A stretch of DNA of 64,000 nt, from the NCBI GenBank assembly GCA_964551115.1, contig CAZKBE010000001.1, positions 866-64,865 on the forward strand, written 5' to 3'. Below, piece by piece: positions 46,394 through 56,213 of the stretch. The DNA comes from Candidatus Woesearchaeota archaeon. Lineage in GTDB: Archaea; Nanobdellota; Nanobdellia; Pacearchaeales; GW2011-AR1. The position numbers were made by a program, and so were the translations under genes. Under the pieces are notes generated by a model. It was not told where the DNA came from, ran no database searches, and saw only the letters and a program-made list of their open reading frames with translations. Position 1 is the stretch's first letter. Each line of letters begins with the position of its first letter.

Positions 46394-47193
46394 CTTTAGC
46401 CCACAAGTCTCCAATTGTAACTTCGATAATATTTAACTTGATAAGGGAGGTACATTTTGAGAAGTTTAAGTTTTCTAAGAAAGAAACTATTGATTCAAAT
46501 ATGGTCCCAAAACTTTCATCATCCATTATGAATCGTCATGGGTTTCAGGAAAGTTCTCATCAGACAAAATTTATAAAGCCTCTAATAATTCCTTCCTTTT
46601 CTTTACCTGTCAAAAAAGAAGCTACTTCAAGAGTATCTACAAAACAAGAAATAAGACCAATTTCTAAAGAAATTGTGCCGGCCAAAGTTTCTGATTTAAA
46701 GCCTAAAATTCCGGATGGGTTCCAAGAAAGTATAATCGAAAAGGATAAGGTGGTTGTTTCAACTCAAACGATTAATACTCCTTTGCCAATTAGTGAGATT
46801 CCTATAAAATCTGCTGCTCCTGTGCAGAGAGTTGTATCTATTACCCCTTTACCTACCAGAACCCCGCAAGTAGCACCAATTGTTCCCATAAACCTTTTCC
46901 AGAATCCTCCAAACTATGGTAAGTTAAATATGCTTTTAAAAGACCCTTCAATACAATTTATAGAATGTCTTGGACCTGGCCAGAGGGTAATCATAACTAG
47001 AAATAATCAGAAACAACAAACAAATATTATTCTTGTGAAAGAAGAAATTAAGATGCTTTTAGATAACCTTTCTGCTAAAACGCGGATTCCTCTAATTACG
47101 GGTGTTTTTCGAGTTGCGTGGGATAGATATATTATTAATGCTATTATTTCGGATACACTTGAGCCTAGATTTTTAATTAAGGTTGAAAGATAA
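46390..47193 (+). CDS. hypothetical protein with a proline-rich linker
   Basis: 267 aa. Central PLPISEIPIKSAAPVQRVVSITPLPTRTPQVAPIVP. C-terminal globular region. Confidence 0.4.
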   Translation: MTLAHKSPIVTSIIFNLIREVHFEKFKFSKKETIDSNMVPKLSSSIMNRHGFQESSHQTKFIKPLIIPSFSLPVKKEATSRVSTKQEIRPISKEIVPAKVSDLKPKIPDGFQESIIEKDKVVVSTQTINTPLPISEIPIKSAAPVQRVVSITPLPTRTPQVAPIVPINLFQNPPNYGKLNMLLKDPSIQFIECLGPGQRVIITRNNQKQQTNIILVKEEIKMLLDNLSAKTRIPLITGVFRVAWDRYIINAIISDTLEPRFLIKVER

Positions 47194-47223
47194 CTTTTTA
47201 TAATCTTCTTTCCTAAAAATTTT

Positions 47224-47505
47224 ATGGAAAATGTAATAACCCTTAAGAAAATAAATAAGTATTTTGATATCACTGAGGAAGCTTTAGAATTAGTCAAGAA
47301 GAATATAATCTCTGGAAAAGAAAAACAAGCAAAAGAAATTATAGCTATGTCTTCAAATTATATTTCCGATGCAAAGCATTTTTTTAAAGAGGGTATGTGG
47401 GTTGAGTGTTTTGGAGCATTAAATTATGCACACGGTTGGTTAGATTCTGGCGTTAGGTTAGATGTTTTCAATGTAGATAATGATAGATTATTTACTGTTA
47501 AATAA
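47224..47505 (+). CDS. small conserved archaeal protein (DUF357-like)
   Basis: 93 aa helical protein. Assignment from memory of the family, low certainty. Confidence 0.35.
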   Translation: MENVITLKKINKYFDITEEALELVKKNIISGKEKQAKEIIAMSSNYISDAKHFFKEGMWVECFGALNYAHGWLDSGVRLDVFNVDNDRLFTVK

Positions 47506-47509
47506 TTAG

Positions 47510-48241
47510 TTAATCTATAAGCTCTAAATCTTCGGGTTTTTCTTCACTTTTACTTTTTTCCTCTAGCTTGTCTTTTTTTCTTTTTAGTCCAATTAGGTCT
47601 TTCAATGTCCATCTTTTCATTTTTTCTTTGTTTTGAACAGTTGGATCTTCTTGGATATTTTTATCTTGTGGAGAATTAATATTTTGCTGAACTTTGTCTA
47701 GAACTATCTTCTCTTCTTCTAGATTGACTGGTTTTCTCTGAAGATTAAATTTTTCAGGAACTCTCTTCCTTATTTGAACTCCTAAGTATGCTTCTAATTT
47801 TTCTACATAGTTGTTAAATTCTTTGGATATTTTTCCAGATTCTAGATCTACAATTACCTGTAGGGGGATGATTAATCCTTCAGCCACTTGTGTTTGAGAT
47901 AGTTTTTTTCTTCGTCTAGCTGTTTTAAGGATCCAGTCATAATTTTCAACAAGGTCTGCATGATCTTGTCTTTTAGTTGGGAAATTAAGTTTTGTAAGAT
48001 TTTTATGGGCAATAAAATGTTCTTTAGGAATAGGTTTATTTGGTTGAGCCATTTTTTCCATTCTTTCTCTCACAGATAAGTGTTCTTTTCTACCTTCAAA
48101 ACTGTCGGGATTTGGTCTTTTAACTATAGGTATATCTTCTATACGTGCACAGTTGGCGCAGACCGTCTCTATTCTTTCTTCAAAAACACCCCTATACAAT
48201 TCTGTTTCTTCATGACTTTTCCCACAAATTTTACATTCCAT
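47510..48241 (-). CDS. archaeal MBF1-like protein (N-terminal zinc ribbon plus Cro/C1-type HTH)
   Basis: MECKICGKSHE...TVCANCAR zinc ribbon. Central RRRKKLSQTQVAEGL HTH. K/E-rich C-terminal extension. Confidence 0.55.
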   Translation of the reverse strand: MECKICGKSHEETELYRGVFEERIETVCANCARIEDIPIVKRPNPDSFEGRKEHLSVRERMEKMAQPNKPIPKEHFIAHKNLTKLNFPTKRQDHADLVENYDWILKTARRRKKLSQTQVAEGLIIPLQVIVDLESGKISKEFNNYVEKLEAYLGVQIRKRVPEKFNLQRKPVNLEEEKIVLDKVQQNINSPQDKNIQEDPTVQNKEKMKRWTLKDLIGLKRKKDKLEEKSKSEEKPEDLELID

Positions 48242-48491
48242 AGAATTATCACCTTATTTCAATTTTTAAGGATTGTTGTGGTAGAGTTTGGGATTTTTAG
48301 ACCTCTAATGGAAGGAATCTATAGCTGTCAGAAGTCTTTTTATCATGATTTTCATAAACGGGTATATAAACTCTCTTTCTTTTTAGAATATTTTCTATTA
48401 ATGCTGTTTATCTTAACGTTTTTAACTTTTTTACAATTTTAAGCATAGTCTTTTTTAATTGTAACCGAGAATAATTATTGATCTGTTAATT

Positions 48492-49988
48492 TTAGTTAAT
48501 CCATATACAGGCATTATATATCGTTTCCCTTAGTTTATTTTGGCTAAATCTTGTTGATATAATTATACAAGGATTAACAACAAGGGGTTTGTCCAAACCG
48601 TGCCTTTTTGCGCATGTTTCATTGTTCAAACTTTCTTTTCCTAGAAGGACCCATTTTTCTTCTTCGATTAAATGATAGTATTTGTCAATGTCAGACATAT
48701 TAAATCTATCATCTAACGTAGTATATCCCTTAAATATTAGGACAGATTCATTATTTTTAATTGAGTAATCTATATTTTCTAAAAAGAATACATTACCTAT
48801 ATAATAATTAACTGGGACCCAATAATTTGATACAATTTTACATTCTAAAAGTCCATTGGACCTTATTATCTCTGAAGATTCATAAAATATTTTATTTGAC
48901 TGATTTGTATTTATTTGAGAAGCTAATAGAATGATTATTGTAGTAATAAATATGCTAAATAATAAAACTAATATATATTTTTTTATATTTTTATTATTCT
49001 TTACTATCCAAAATATCCCTATTAGCGAGAAGAAAGCAATAGGGGTTATCATGTTAAACGCATAACGATCTATTTTAAAGGGTATTTTATATAACTCAAA
49101 AATTAACATTCCATAGATAGCAATGAAAAGAAGAGTTGTCTTCTGTTTAAATTCTTTTGAAATTAAAATGGCGAATAACCCTATAATTAACAGGGGTAGT
49201 AAGTATCCTATGGGGTTTATGATATTTAGAAAGTTAAATCTTTCTATCATCCCTTGTCTAGATAATATATTTAGATAATATGAATCGACTATGCTGGTAA
49301 ATAGATTTCCCCACTTATATTTATTAAAAATGAGCCAAGGAAGAATAGTTATAATAAATAAGGAAAGATTTTTTAGTACTTTTTTATAATCCTTATTAAT
49401 TAATAGGAATATTCCAAAAATTAGAAAATTATATCTAGATAAGAATGCCAGGCCTAAGTATTGGCCGCTAGGTTTATCCAGAATAAGATAGGCTATAAAC
49501 AATTGGAAGAATGCAAGCCCAAGTAGTTCTGTTCCTTCTGTTAGCCCAAATAATAATGTAAAGGGGGTTAGAACTAATAGATAAAAAAAGATTCTTGTTA
49601 TTTCCTTACTAATCCTTTTTTTTTGTAGATAGTTTGTATGTATGGAATCTGCTAGTTTTATTGTGCTAATAAAAAATACACTAGAAACAAATACGATATA
49701 TACATATGGGCCAATATTTCCAAGAAATAGGAAGATTCCTAGTAAAACACTTATTAATGGGGCTCTATATACCTCAAAGTAATCCTCTCCGTGAAACAGA
49801 TATTTAGCATTAATTAAGTATGCTGAAAAATCCCAAGATAAAAAAGTTTTGTGTTGTAATAAGAAGAATATTGTAGATAGGAAGAATAGAAGCATAATCG
49901 TTCTATTTAATTTTAAATAATTAAATTGTCTTTTTATATTGTCTTTATATATTTCTCTTAATTTCTTCCACATTTTGGATATTTTCAA
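48492..49988 (-). CDS. large polytopic membrane protein, GT-C-like glycosyltransferase (PMT/ArnT-like) candidate
   Basis: 498 aa with ~11 TM helices and a C-terminal soluble domain. Sits in a cluster with a GT2 synthase. Confidence 0.4.
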   Translation of the reverse strand: MKISKMWKKLREIYKDNIKRQFNYLKLNRTIMLLFFLSTIFFLLQHKTFLSWDFSAYLINAKYLFHGEDYFEVYRAPLISVLLGIFLFLGNIGPYVYIVFVSSVFFISTIKLADSIHTNYLQKKRISKEITRIFFYLLVLTPFTLLFGLTEGTELLGLAFFQLFIAYLILDKPSGQYLGLAFLSRYNFLIFGIFLLINKDYKKVLKNLSLFIITILPWLIFNKYKWGNLFTSIVDSYYLNILSRQGMIERFNFLNIINPIGYLLPLLIIGLFAILISKEFKQKTTLLFIAIYGMLIFELYKIPFKIDRYAFNMITPIAFFSLIGIFWIVKNNKNIKKYILVLLFSIFITTIIILLASQINTNQSNKIFYESSEIIRSNGLLECKIVSNYWVPVNYYIGNVFFLENIDYSIKNNESVLIFKGYTTLDDRFNMSDIDKYYHLIEEEKWVLLGKESLNNETCAKRHGLDKPLVVNPCIIISTRFSQNKLRETIYNACIWIN

Positions 49989-50568
49989 TTTTTACTTCCT
50001 CATTTATGATAATTGTATTTGGTTGAGAAACATTGTATTTATTTTTTATTAAGTCTAATGTTGAAGAGTCTAGGTCAAAATCAAATGAGTAGACCATTAT
50101 TTCGTTTTGTTTTTTGATAGAGCTAATCATCATTCCTATTTCTTCAGCATTTTTTACATAGGTATCTTTATTTGAATAAAAGAAAAGGATCGTTTTGATA
50201 TCTAGACTACATTTTTCTATGTTTTCTTTAATTATTAGAAAGTGTTGGGCTTGTATTAGAGTATATATTTTCTTTTGTTCAATGACCTTTAGATCTTCTT
50301 TTCCAAATCTTAATTCTAGCGCTTCTGTTATGCTACCAGAATAATCCATTTCCCTTGCAAAAATGTATGGATCAAATTTTTCACAATCAATTAATTTTTT
50401 TTGAATGTCTAATTCTAGAAGATTGTATCTTAGTCTTTCTTGACTTGCAGATATGGCCCTATATTGGTAAGAACTGATAAGATAGCTCATAAAAAACCCC
50501 GATGTAAATAGTATTGTGGCAATTATAAAAGCTAGTATAATTCTCCCTAAAAATAGTTTTCTTTCCAT
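49945..50568 (-). CDS. membrane-anchored hypothetical protein
   Basis: 207 aa, single N-terminal TM helix. Lies between the GT2 and GT-C-like genes. Overlaps the start of 48492..49988. Confidence 0.4.
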   Translation of the reverse strand: MERKLFLGRIILAFIIATILFTSGFFMSYLISSYQYRAISASQERLRYNLLELDIQKKLIDCEKFDPYIFAREMDYSGSITEALELRFGKEDLKVIEQKKIYTLIQAQHFLIIKENIEKCSLDIKTILFFYSNKDTYVKNAEEIGMMISSIKKQNEIMVYSFDFDLDSSTLDLIKNKYNVSQPNTIIINEEVKIENIQNVEEIKRNI

Positions 50569-50598
50569 TTTATCTCATGTAATAAAATCTTTTTAAAT

Positions 50599-51840
50599 CT
50601 ATCTCCAAGAAACTTTTTTATTAAATAATGCATAGAAAAGAGATATTACCCACCAAAATGCGAATAAAATTGTGAAGAATGATAAGAATAATATTAGACT
50701 AAATCCAAAGTTAGAATGTTTTTTTATTTTAGTCTTTGCAAATATTAGAAATCCAACTAAAAAAAATGATAATCCAACAAAAAAGATAGTTAGTGGGTCA
50801 CTAAGGAATAAAAATACAAAGTGATATAGCGCATATTTGTTTAGTTCAACCAAACTTCCTACTTCAAAGTTAATTGCATTTAATAGTTCTATCTCTCTAT
50901 ATATATCAAAAATGGCTTTTATTAGCCCTCTTGAAACTAAAAGGATAGTAGTAATTATTGTTATTATCGCAGTGGGTAAAATAATTAATCCCATCGCACC
51001 ATATTTGTGACTAAATAGTTCTTTGTAATCTTTCAAATTTTTAAGAAGTCCGGCATACCATCTTCTTCTTTGGATCATTAATGCTTTAAATTTATTCGGG
51101 ACAACAGTATAAATAACTGCACTAGGTTCATTAACTATCCGGAAGTTATTATATTGGATCCTTAGAGCCATTTCCATATCTTCTGTTAGATTTGATTCAG
51201 GAAATAAGCCGTATTTATCAAAGAAAGATTTTCGATAAGCTGAGAATGCTCCTGGAGTTATGTGGATCGCATTTAGTGTTGCAAAACTCTTTCTTAAAAA
51301 AATTCCAAAAAGATATTCTATTTGTTGAACTCTTTGGAGAATTCCGCGAGGATTATAAACTACCATAGAAGGGGATACGCAGATGACTTCTTTATCGAAA
51401 AAATGGGGGATCATTTTTATTAAAGCATCTGTTTCTACGATTGTATTGTCTGCATCCATTGTAATGATAAATTCCCCATTAGCTTTTTTTATAGCAAAGT
51501 TCATTGCACAACCCTTGCCAGAGTTTTTTTCTAATCTAAACACACGCACTTGTTTTGATTTATTTTCTAGTGCAATTTTATATGTTTTATCTCTACTTCC
51601 ATCATCTACCACTATTATTTCTAGTCTATCTTTCGGATAGTTTATGTTACATGCAGATTTAATTGTTTGAGCAATCCCTTTTTCTTCGTTATATGCAGGG
51701 ATTATTATTGAGACCATTGGTGCTTTCTTTTCATCAAAGAGGGGTATTTTTATCTTTTTTTCAGCAAGAATGCTTAATATGTAAAAAATAGATAAAAATA
51801 GTCCAATATATATAGAGAAATACACAAGGTAATTCATCAT
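50599..51840 (-). CDS. family-2 glycosyltransferase with transmembrane segments (synthase-like)
   Basis: VSIIIPAYNEEKGIAQTI...VVDDGSRDKT, TMDADN (DXD), QRRRW (QxxRW-like), and C-terminal TM helices. Confidence 0.75.
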   Translation of the reverse strand: MMNYLVYFSIYIGLFLSIFYILSILAEKKIKIPLFDEKKAPMVSIIIPAYNEEKGIAQTIKSACNINYPKDRLEIIVVDDGSRDKTYKIALENKSKQVRVFRLEKNSGKGCAMNFAIKKANGEFIITMDADNTIVETDALIKMIPHFFDKEVICVSPSMVVYNPRGILQRVQQIEYLFGIFLRKSFATLNAIHITPGAFSAYRKSFFDKYGLFPESNLTEDMEMALRIQYNNFRIVNEPSAVIYTVVPNKFKALMIQRRRWYAGLLKNLKDYKELFSHKYGAMGLIILPTAIITIITTILLVSRGLIKAIFDIYREIELLNAINFEVGSLVELNKYALYHFVFLFLSDPLTIFFVGLSFFLVGFLIFAKTKIKKHSNFGFSLILFLSFFTILFAFWWVISLFYALFNKKVSWR

Positions 51841-52424
51841 GCTCTTTCCTCTTCTTTTTCTATTTCTTTAATCTCTCCTTTTTCTCCTTTTTGCACATAA
51901 AAATATTCATAGAAGTCTTCAGATAGGGTTAGAATATTTGTATGTCCCTCTTTTTTAGAGATTACTAGTCCGGTTTCAATAAATTTATGTATATGGTCAT
52001 ATGCTTTATTCCCTCTTATCTTTATAACTACTGATTGTTTTATTGGTTGTTTGTATGCAATAACTGCCAGAGTTTCTTGTTCTGCTTTTGTAAATTCTGC
52101 TGAACCTGTAGCTAACTTATTTACAATTGGGTGATATTTTTCTGCAACGTCCATTTTCCAAGAATTGTTTCTATTAATCATTCTTATTGCCCCTTGAGAA
52201 TACTTTTTTTCAAGTTGATAGAGTATTTCTTTTAGCATAAGAGGATTAACATCGGTTAACATAACAAGTTCTTGTAGATTCAAGAATCTTCCTGCAATGA
52301 AGCATGCTGCTTCAACCTTTTCTTGAGCTTCTAATTCCTTGTCATCAAATAAAGAATCCATTTCTTCTGCTGTTTCTTCAGTAATAATGGGCGAATTTTT
52401 AGGGTTTGTTTCTTTTTCTTCCAT
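51837..52424 (-). CDS. scpB: segregation and condensation protein B (ScpB)-like
   Basis: VEAACFIAGRFLNLQELVML and TLAVIAYKQPIKQSVVIKIRG are tandem winged-helix ScpB signatures. Confidence 0.65.
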   Translation of the reverse strand: MEEKETNPKNSPIITEETAEEMDSLFDDKELEAQEKVEAACFIAGRFLNLQELVMLTDVNPLMLKEILYQLEKKYSQGAIRMINRNNSWKMDVAEKYHPIVNKLATGSAEFTKAEQETLAVIAYKQPIKQSVVIKIRGNKAYDHIHKFIETGLVISKKEGHTNILTLSEDFYEYFYVQKGEKGEIKEIEKEEERA

Positions 52425-52490
52425 AGAATTTATATTAAATCTATATTTAAAAGGATTGAGTTTTGATTTGGTAGCTATCTTGGTTAGAAA

Positions 52491-53951
52491 TTATTCTACT
52501 TGCTCTTCAATTTTTTTGAATAAAACTTCTTGCTTTTTGATTTCTTTTGTTTTTATTTCTATATCTATATTTTTTAAGCTATTAATCCCTACTTCAAATC
52601 CGAAATTTTTAGCAATTCTTTCACAGCTTTCTGGCATAAATGGCCAAAGAACTATTGCTATTTGTTTGATAGAGTCTGCAACTTCATAAAGAATTTTATT
52701 GTCTTTTGTTTCCCAAGGTTTTTTATCTTGTAAGTATTCATTACAGACATCTATAAACGCAAATACTTCGTTTAAAATTTTATCTAATTCATAATTTTCG
52801 AACAGTTCTTTTATTTTTTCTAAATTAAATTTTTTATTTAGAGAATTAGGGCATTTTTCTAGGCCATATCTTTCAATTAAACCGGCAGTTCTAGATACCA
52901 AATTTCCCCATTTGTTTGCTAATTCATTATTATGTCTGTCTATTAGTGCTTTTTCAGAAAAGTCTCCATCTTCTCCTTCTGCAAAAGGGAATTGTCTGCA
53001 ACTAAAGTATCTTATGGTATCTGCACTATATTTTTCTGACAGATATATGGGTGAAATAGCATTTCCAAGGCTTTTACTTATCTTTTGTCCGTTAAAAGAT
53101 AGGAAGCCATGAATAAAAACTCTTTTCGGTAAATCATAGCCGGCTGATTTTAGAAATGCGGGCCAATATACTGCATGAAACCAGGCATTATCTTTTCCAA
53201 GTAAATGTACACTCGCTGGCCAATATTTTCCTTTTTGGCCTGCCCCCGTTAGGTAATTAAATAATGCATCAAACCAAACGTAAACTACATGTTTTTTATC
53301 TCCAGGGTATGGGATTCCCCAATTAAAACTAGTTCTTGAGATACTAAGGTCAGTTAATCCTTCTTTCACTCTGTTAATAATTTCTTTTTTTCGACTTTCT
53401 GGAAGGATTACTGCTGGGTCTTTTTTGTATAAGTCCAATAAAAAATCTTGGTACTTACTTAGTCTAAAAAAATAAGATTCCTCTTTCATTTTATTTAGTG
53501 GTTTTCTATGAAACGGGCAACAACCATCCACTAAATCTTTTTCAGTTAGGTAACCTTCGCAACCAACACAATAATATCCTTCATATTCTCCCAAGTAGAT
53601 GTCATCATTTTTTTCGCATTTTTTAATCATCTCTTGTACAAGTTTTTCGTGATCTTTATCTGTTGTTCTAATGAACCTATTATATTCTATATTAAGAGAT
53701 TTCCAGGCTTTTTGGAACTTTAATACTACTTCATCTACAAATTCTTGAGGTTGCATATTTGCTTTTTCTGCTGCTTCTTGAATCTTCTTTCCGTGTTCAT
53801 CTGTTCCAGTTAAGAAAAACACGTCTTCATTCAATACCTTGTGCCATCTAGCTAGAACGTCTGCAACAATTTTTTGGTACATGTGGCCTACATGGGGCTC
53901 TGCATTCGGATAATCGATTGCAGTGGTAACGTAAAATTTTTTCTTTTCCAT
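52491..53951 (-). CDS. metG: methionyl-tRNA synthetase (class I, minimal form)
   Basis: YVTTAIDYPNAEPHVGHMYQ (HIGH), Cys knuckles CVGCEGY...CCPFH, KISKSLGN (KMSKS). 486 aa. Confidence 0.9.
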   Translation of the reverse strand: MEKKKFYVTTAIDYPNAEPHVGHMYQKIVADVLARWHKVLNEDVFFLTGTDEHGKKIQEAAEKANMQPQEFVDEVVLKFQKAWKSLNIEYNRFIRTTDKDHEKLVQEMIKKCEKNDDIYLGEYEGYYCVGCEGYLTEKDLVDGCCPFHRKPLNKMKEESYFFRLSKYQDFLLDLYKKDPAVILPESRKKEIINRVKEGLTDLSISRTSFNWGIPYPGDKKHVVYVWFDALFNYLTGAGQKGKYWPASVHLLGKDNAWFHAVYWPAFLKSAGYDLPKRVFIHGFLSFNGQKISKSLGNAISPIYLSEKYSADTIRYFSCRQFPFAEGEDGDFSEKALIDRHNNELANKWGNLVSRTAGLIERYGLEKCPNSLNKKFNLEKIKELFENYELDKILNEVFAFIDVCNEYLQDKKPWETKDNKILYEVADSIKQIAIVLWPFMPESCERIAKNFGFEVGINSLKNIDIEIKTKEIKKQEVLFKKIEEQVE

Positions 53952-53982
53952 ATAAAAATTATAAAAAAGGAGTATAAAAATC

Positions 53983-55068
53983 TTATCTATTCTTTAGGGC
54001 GGAGAAATATTCCCTAATAATTGATTCTGTTTGTTCCCAAGATATGCAAGAATCTGTAATGGATACTCCATATTTCAGTTTAGTAATTTCAGATGGATTT
54101 TTCGGAAAATCTTGTTTCCCTTCATGAATATTAGACTCTAACATTATTCCTACTAAATCATTATTTCCTTCAAGTAATTGGGTTAAGACATTTCTAGCCA
54201 CTTTTATTTGATTCTCATGAACTTTTTGAGAATTTGCGTGACTACAGTCTACTACTATGTTTGGAATTAAATATTCTTCTTTCATCATTTTTATAGTTTC
54301 TTGCACCTTTTCAGGGTAATAATTTGGGTGGCCGTTTCCACCTCTTAAAACAACGTGACAATATTTATTCCCTTTTGTTTTAACATTTACAATCTGACCG
54401 TCTAAGTCTAATCCTGGAAAACAATGACTATATTTTGCAGAAACGCAGCCTTTAATTGCTGCATCAATATCTCCTGAAGTGTTATTTTTAATCCCTATTG
54501 GCATTGAAAGACCTGAAGCAAGTTCTCTATGTGGTTGGGATTCGGCAGTTCTAGCGCCTATCGCTCCCCAGGATATTAGGTCTGCAACATATTGTGGTAG
54601 GTCTGTTCTTAAAAATTCATTTGCACAGGGTAATCCTATCTCATTAATTTGTAGTAGTAGGTTTCTTGCAGTTTCTATTCCAATACTCACTTTACCCGAA
54701 TTGTCTAATAGGGGATCATATAATATGCCTTTCCAACCAATAGTCGATCTAGGTTTTTCTAAATATGTTCTCATTACTAAATAGATTTCATCTTCAACTT
54801 CCTTAGCAAGTTTTTTCAAATTTTTTGCATAATCCAATGCTTCGCTAGGGTTATGTATTGAGCAAGGACCGCAGAATATTAGTTTTCTTGAGTCTTCTCT
54901 ATCTAGTATTTCTTTTATAATTTTTCTAGACTCTAAAACGTTTTGTTTTGCAATCTCGGAGATAGGATATCTTCCTTTTATTTCTCTAGGACTGGGCAGT
55001 TTTTCAAATAACTCTATATTTCCATCTTCTAATATCTCTTCCATGCATTTTTTTCGTGTTGGTATCAT
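53983..55068 (-). CDS. aroG: 3-deoxy-7-phosphoheptulonate (DAHP) synthase, class I-alpha (AroG/AroF/AroH type)
   Basis: Near-collinear with E. coli AroG from memory: GPCSIH, KPRSTIGWKG, LPCANEFL, PQYVADLISWGAIGARTAESQPHRELASGLSMP, HVVLRGG, DCSHANS. Confidence 0.85.
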   Translation of the reverse strand: MIPTRKKCMEEILEDGNIELFEKLPSPREIKGRYPISEIAKQNVLESRKIIKEILDREDSRKLIFCGPCSIHNPSEALDYAKNLKKLAKEVEDEIYLVMRTYLEKPRSTIGWKGILYDPLLDNSGKVSIGIETARNLLLQINEIGLPCANEFLRTDLPQYVADLISWGAIGARTAESQPHRELASGLSMPIGIKNNTSGDIDAAIKGCVSAKYSHCFPGLDLDGQIVNVKTKGNKYCHVVLRGGNGHPNYYPEKVQETIKMMKEEYLIPNIVVDCSHANSQKVHENQIKVARNVLTQLLEGNNDLVGIMLESNIHEGKQDFPKNPSEITKLKYGVSITDSCISWEQTESIIREYFSALKNR

Positions 55069-55248
55069 TTTTAATGTTTATGCAAGGGAATTCTAGAAAT
55101 CTAAAGCTAAGAAGTATTACTTGAGAATCTAGAATTAACCCAGATTCTTATTTAAAATAAAAGAATGCAAAGCTAAGAGAATCATTCAAAGATCTGATTT
55201 TATTAACTTTTTGCATATTTATATAAGAACAAGGGTGTTTATAAATCT

Positions 55249-55575
55249 TCACTTATTTGGAGAATAATCTTCAACTTTTATCAATTTGTGATCCCAAAGC
55301 CAAGTATAAGAATTTTTACTTTCTTTGATTAATTCATCTTGTCTATCTGAGAAAAAGTAAGATAGTTTGGATATTTTCAAACCAAGATATAAATTTATCA
55401 AAAGGAATAAAATCCCTAAAGGAGTTAAATAAAACACACTAAAATTTTTAACCATACAAGAATAATTACAAGAATTTATTGAATCTTCTTGAAGAAAAAT
55501 CATCGGTGCAAGAATTAACGTATATATTATAATAAGGATTAGCCCATAGAGCAGACCTTTTATTATGTGGCTCAT
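55249..55575 (-). CDS. small membrane protein
   Basis: 108 aa, 2-3 TM helices. Confidence 0.35.
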   Translation of the reverse strand: MSHIIKGLLYGLILIIIYTLILAPMIFLQEDSINSCNYSCMVKNFSVFYLTPLGILFLLINLYLGLKISKLSYFFSDRQDELIKESKNSYTWLWDHKLIKVEDYSPNK

Positions 55576-55625
55576 GAAAAATATATAAGGACCAACTTTA
55601 TAAATCTTACTTCACTTAATAGTAA

Positions 55626-56210
55626 ATGAGAGAATTTATTTATTATTCAAAAAATGCAGTTACTGCTGGGAACTTAATAAAAGACAATCTAATGCATGCA
55701 GGTAGGATGGATATAGTGTGTAATGTGATCATTTCTGCATTTTTTGTTTCTAATGATACTCGTTCTGACGTAAAGCTTCATTTGATATTTGAAGGTCCAC
55801 CAAATCCCCCCGTTCATTTAATGTTCGAATATAACCCTGAAATGCCTATTTCGAAAAAGGATGTTGCAGGTCTAATAAAAAGAATGTTGTATAAATGCCC
55901 CCAAGAAGCTGGTAAGATAAATGAAGTATTTCCTGGTTGTTTTGTAGAGAAAAAATCTTTTGAGGCTTTGATAAAAGAATTAGACTTGGGCGGTAAAAAT
56001 GTATTCTTGTTAGATGAACGTGGAAAAGATATTAGGGATTTAGAATTAAAGGGAAACGAGGTCTATATCATTGGGGATCAAGATGGTTTCCCGGTAAATA
56101 AGGCAAAATTTCTAAAACAAATTGATAAGATTTCTGTTTCTCCAAGAATTCTTTTTGCAAGTCAAGTTTTTACAATAATTCATAATGAAATTGATAGATT
56201 AAAGAATTAA
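55626..56210 (+). CDS. trmY: tRNA (pseudouridine54-N1)-methyltransferase TrmY (SPOUT, DUF358)
   Basis: Matches the M. jannaschii TrmY pattern from memory: MREFI, GRMDI, PNPPV, IIGDQ, SVSP, TIIHN. Confidence 0.8.
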   Translation: MREFIYYSKNAVTAGNLIKDNLMHAGRMDIVCNVIISAFFVSNDTRSDVKLHLIFEGPPNPPVHLMFEYNPEMPISKKDVAGLIKRMLYKCPQEAGKINEVFPGCFVEKKSFEALIKELDLGGKNVFLLDERGKDIRDLELKGNEVYIIGDQDGFPVNKAKFLKQIDKISVSPRILFASQVFTIIHNEIDRLKN

Positions 56211-56213
56211 AAA

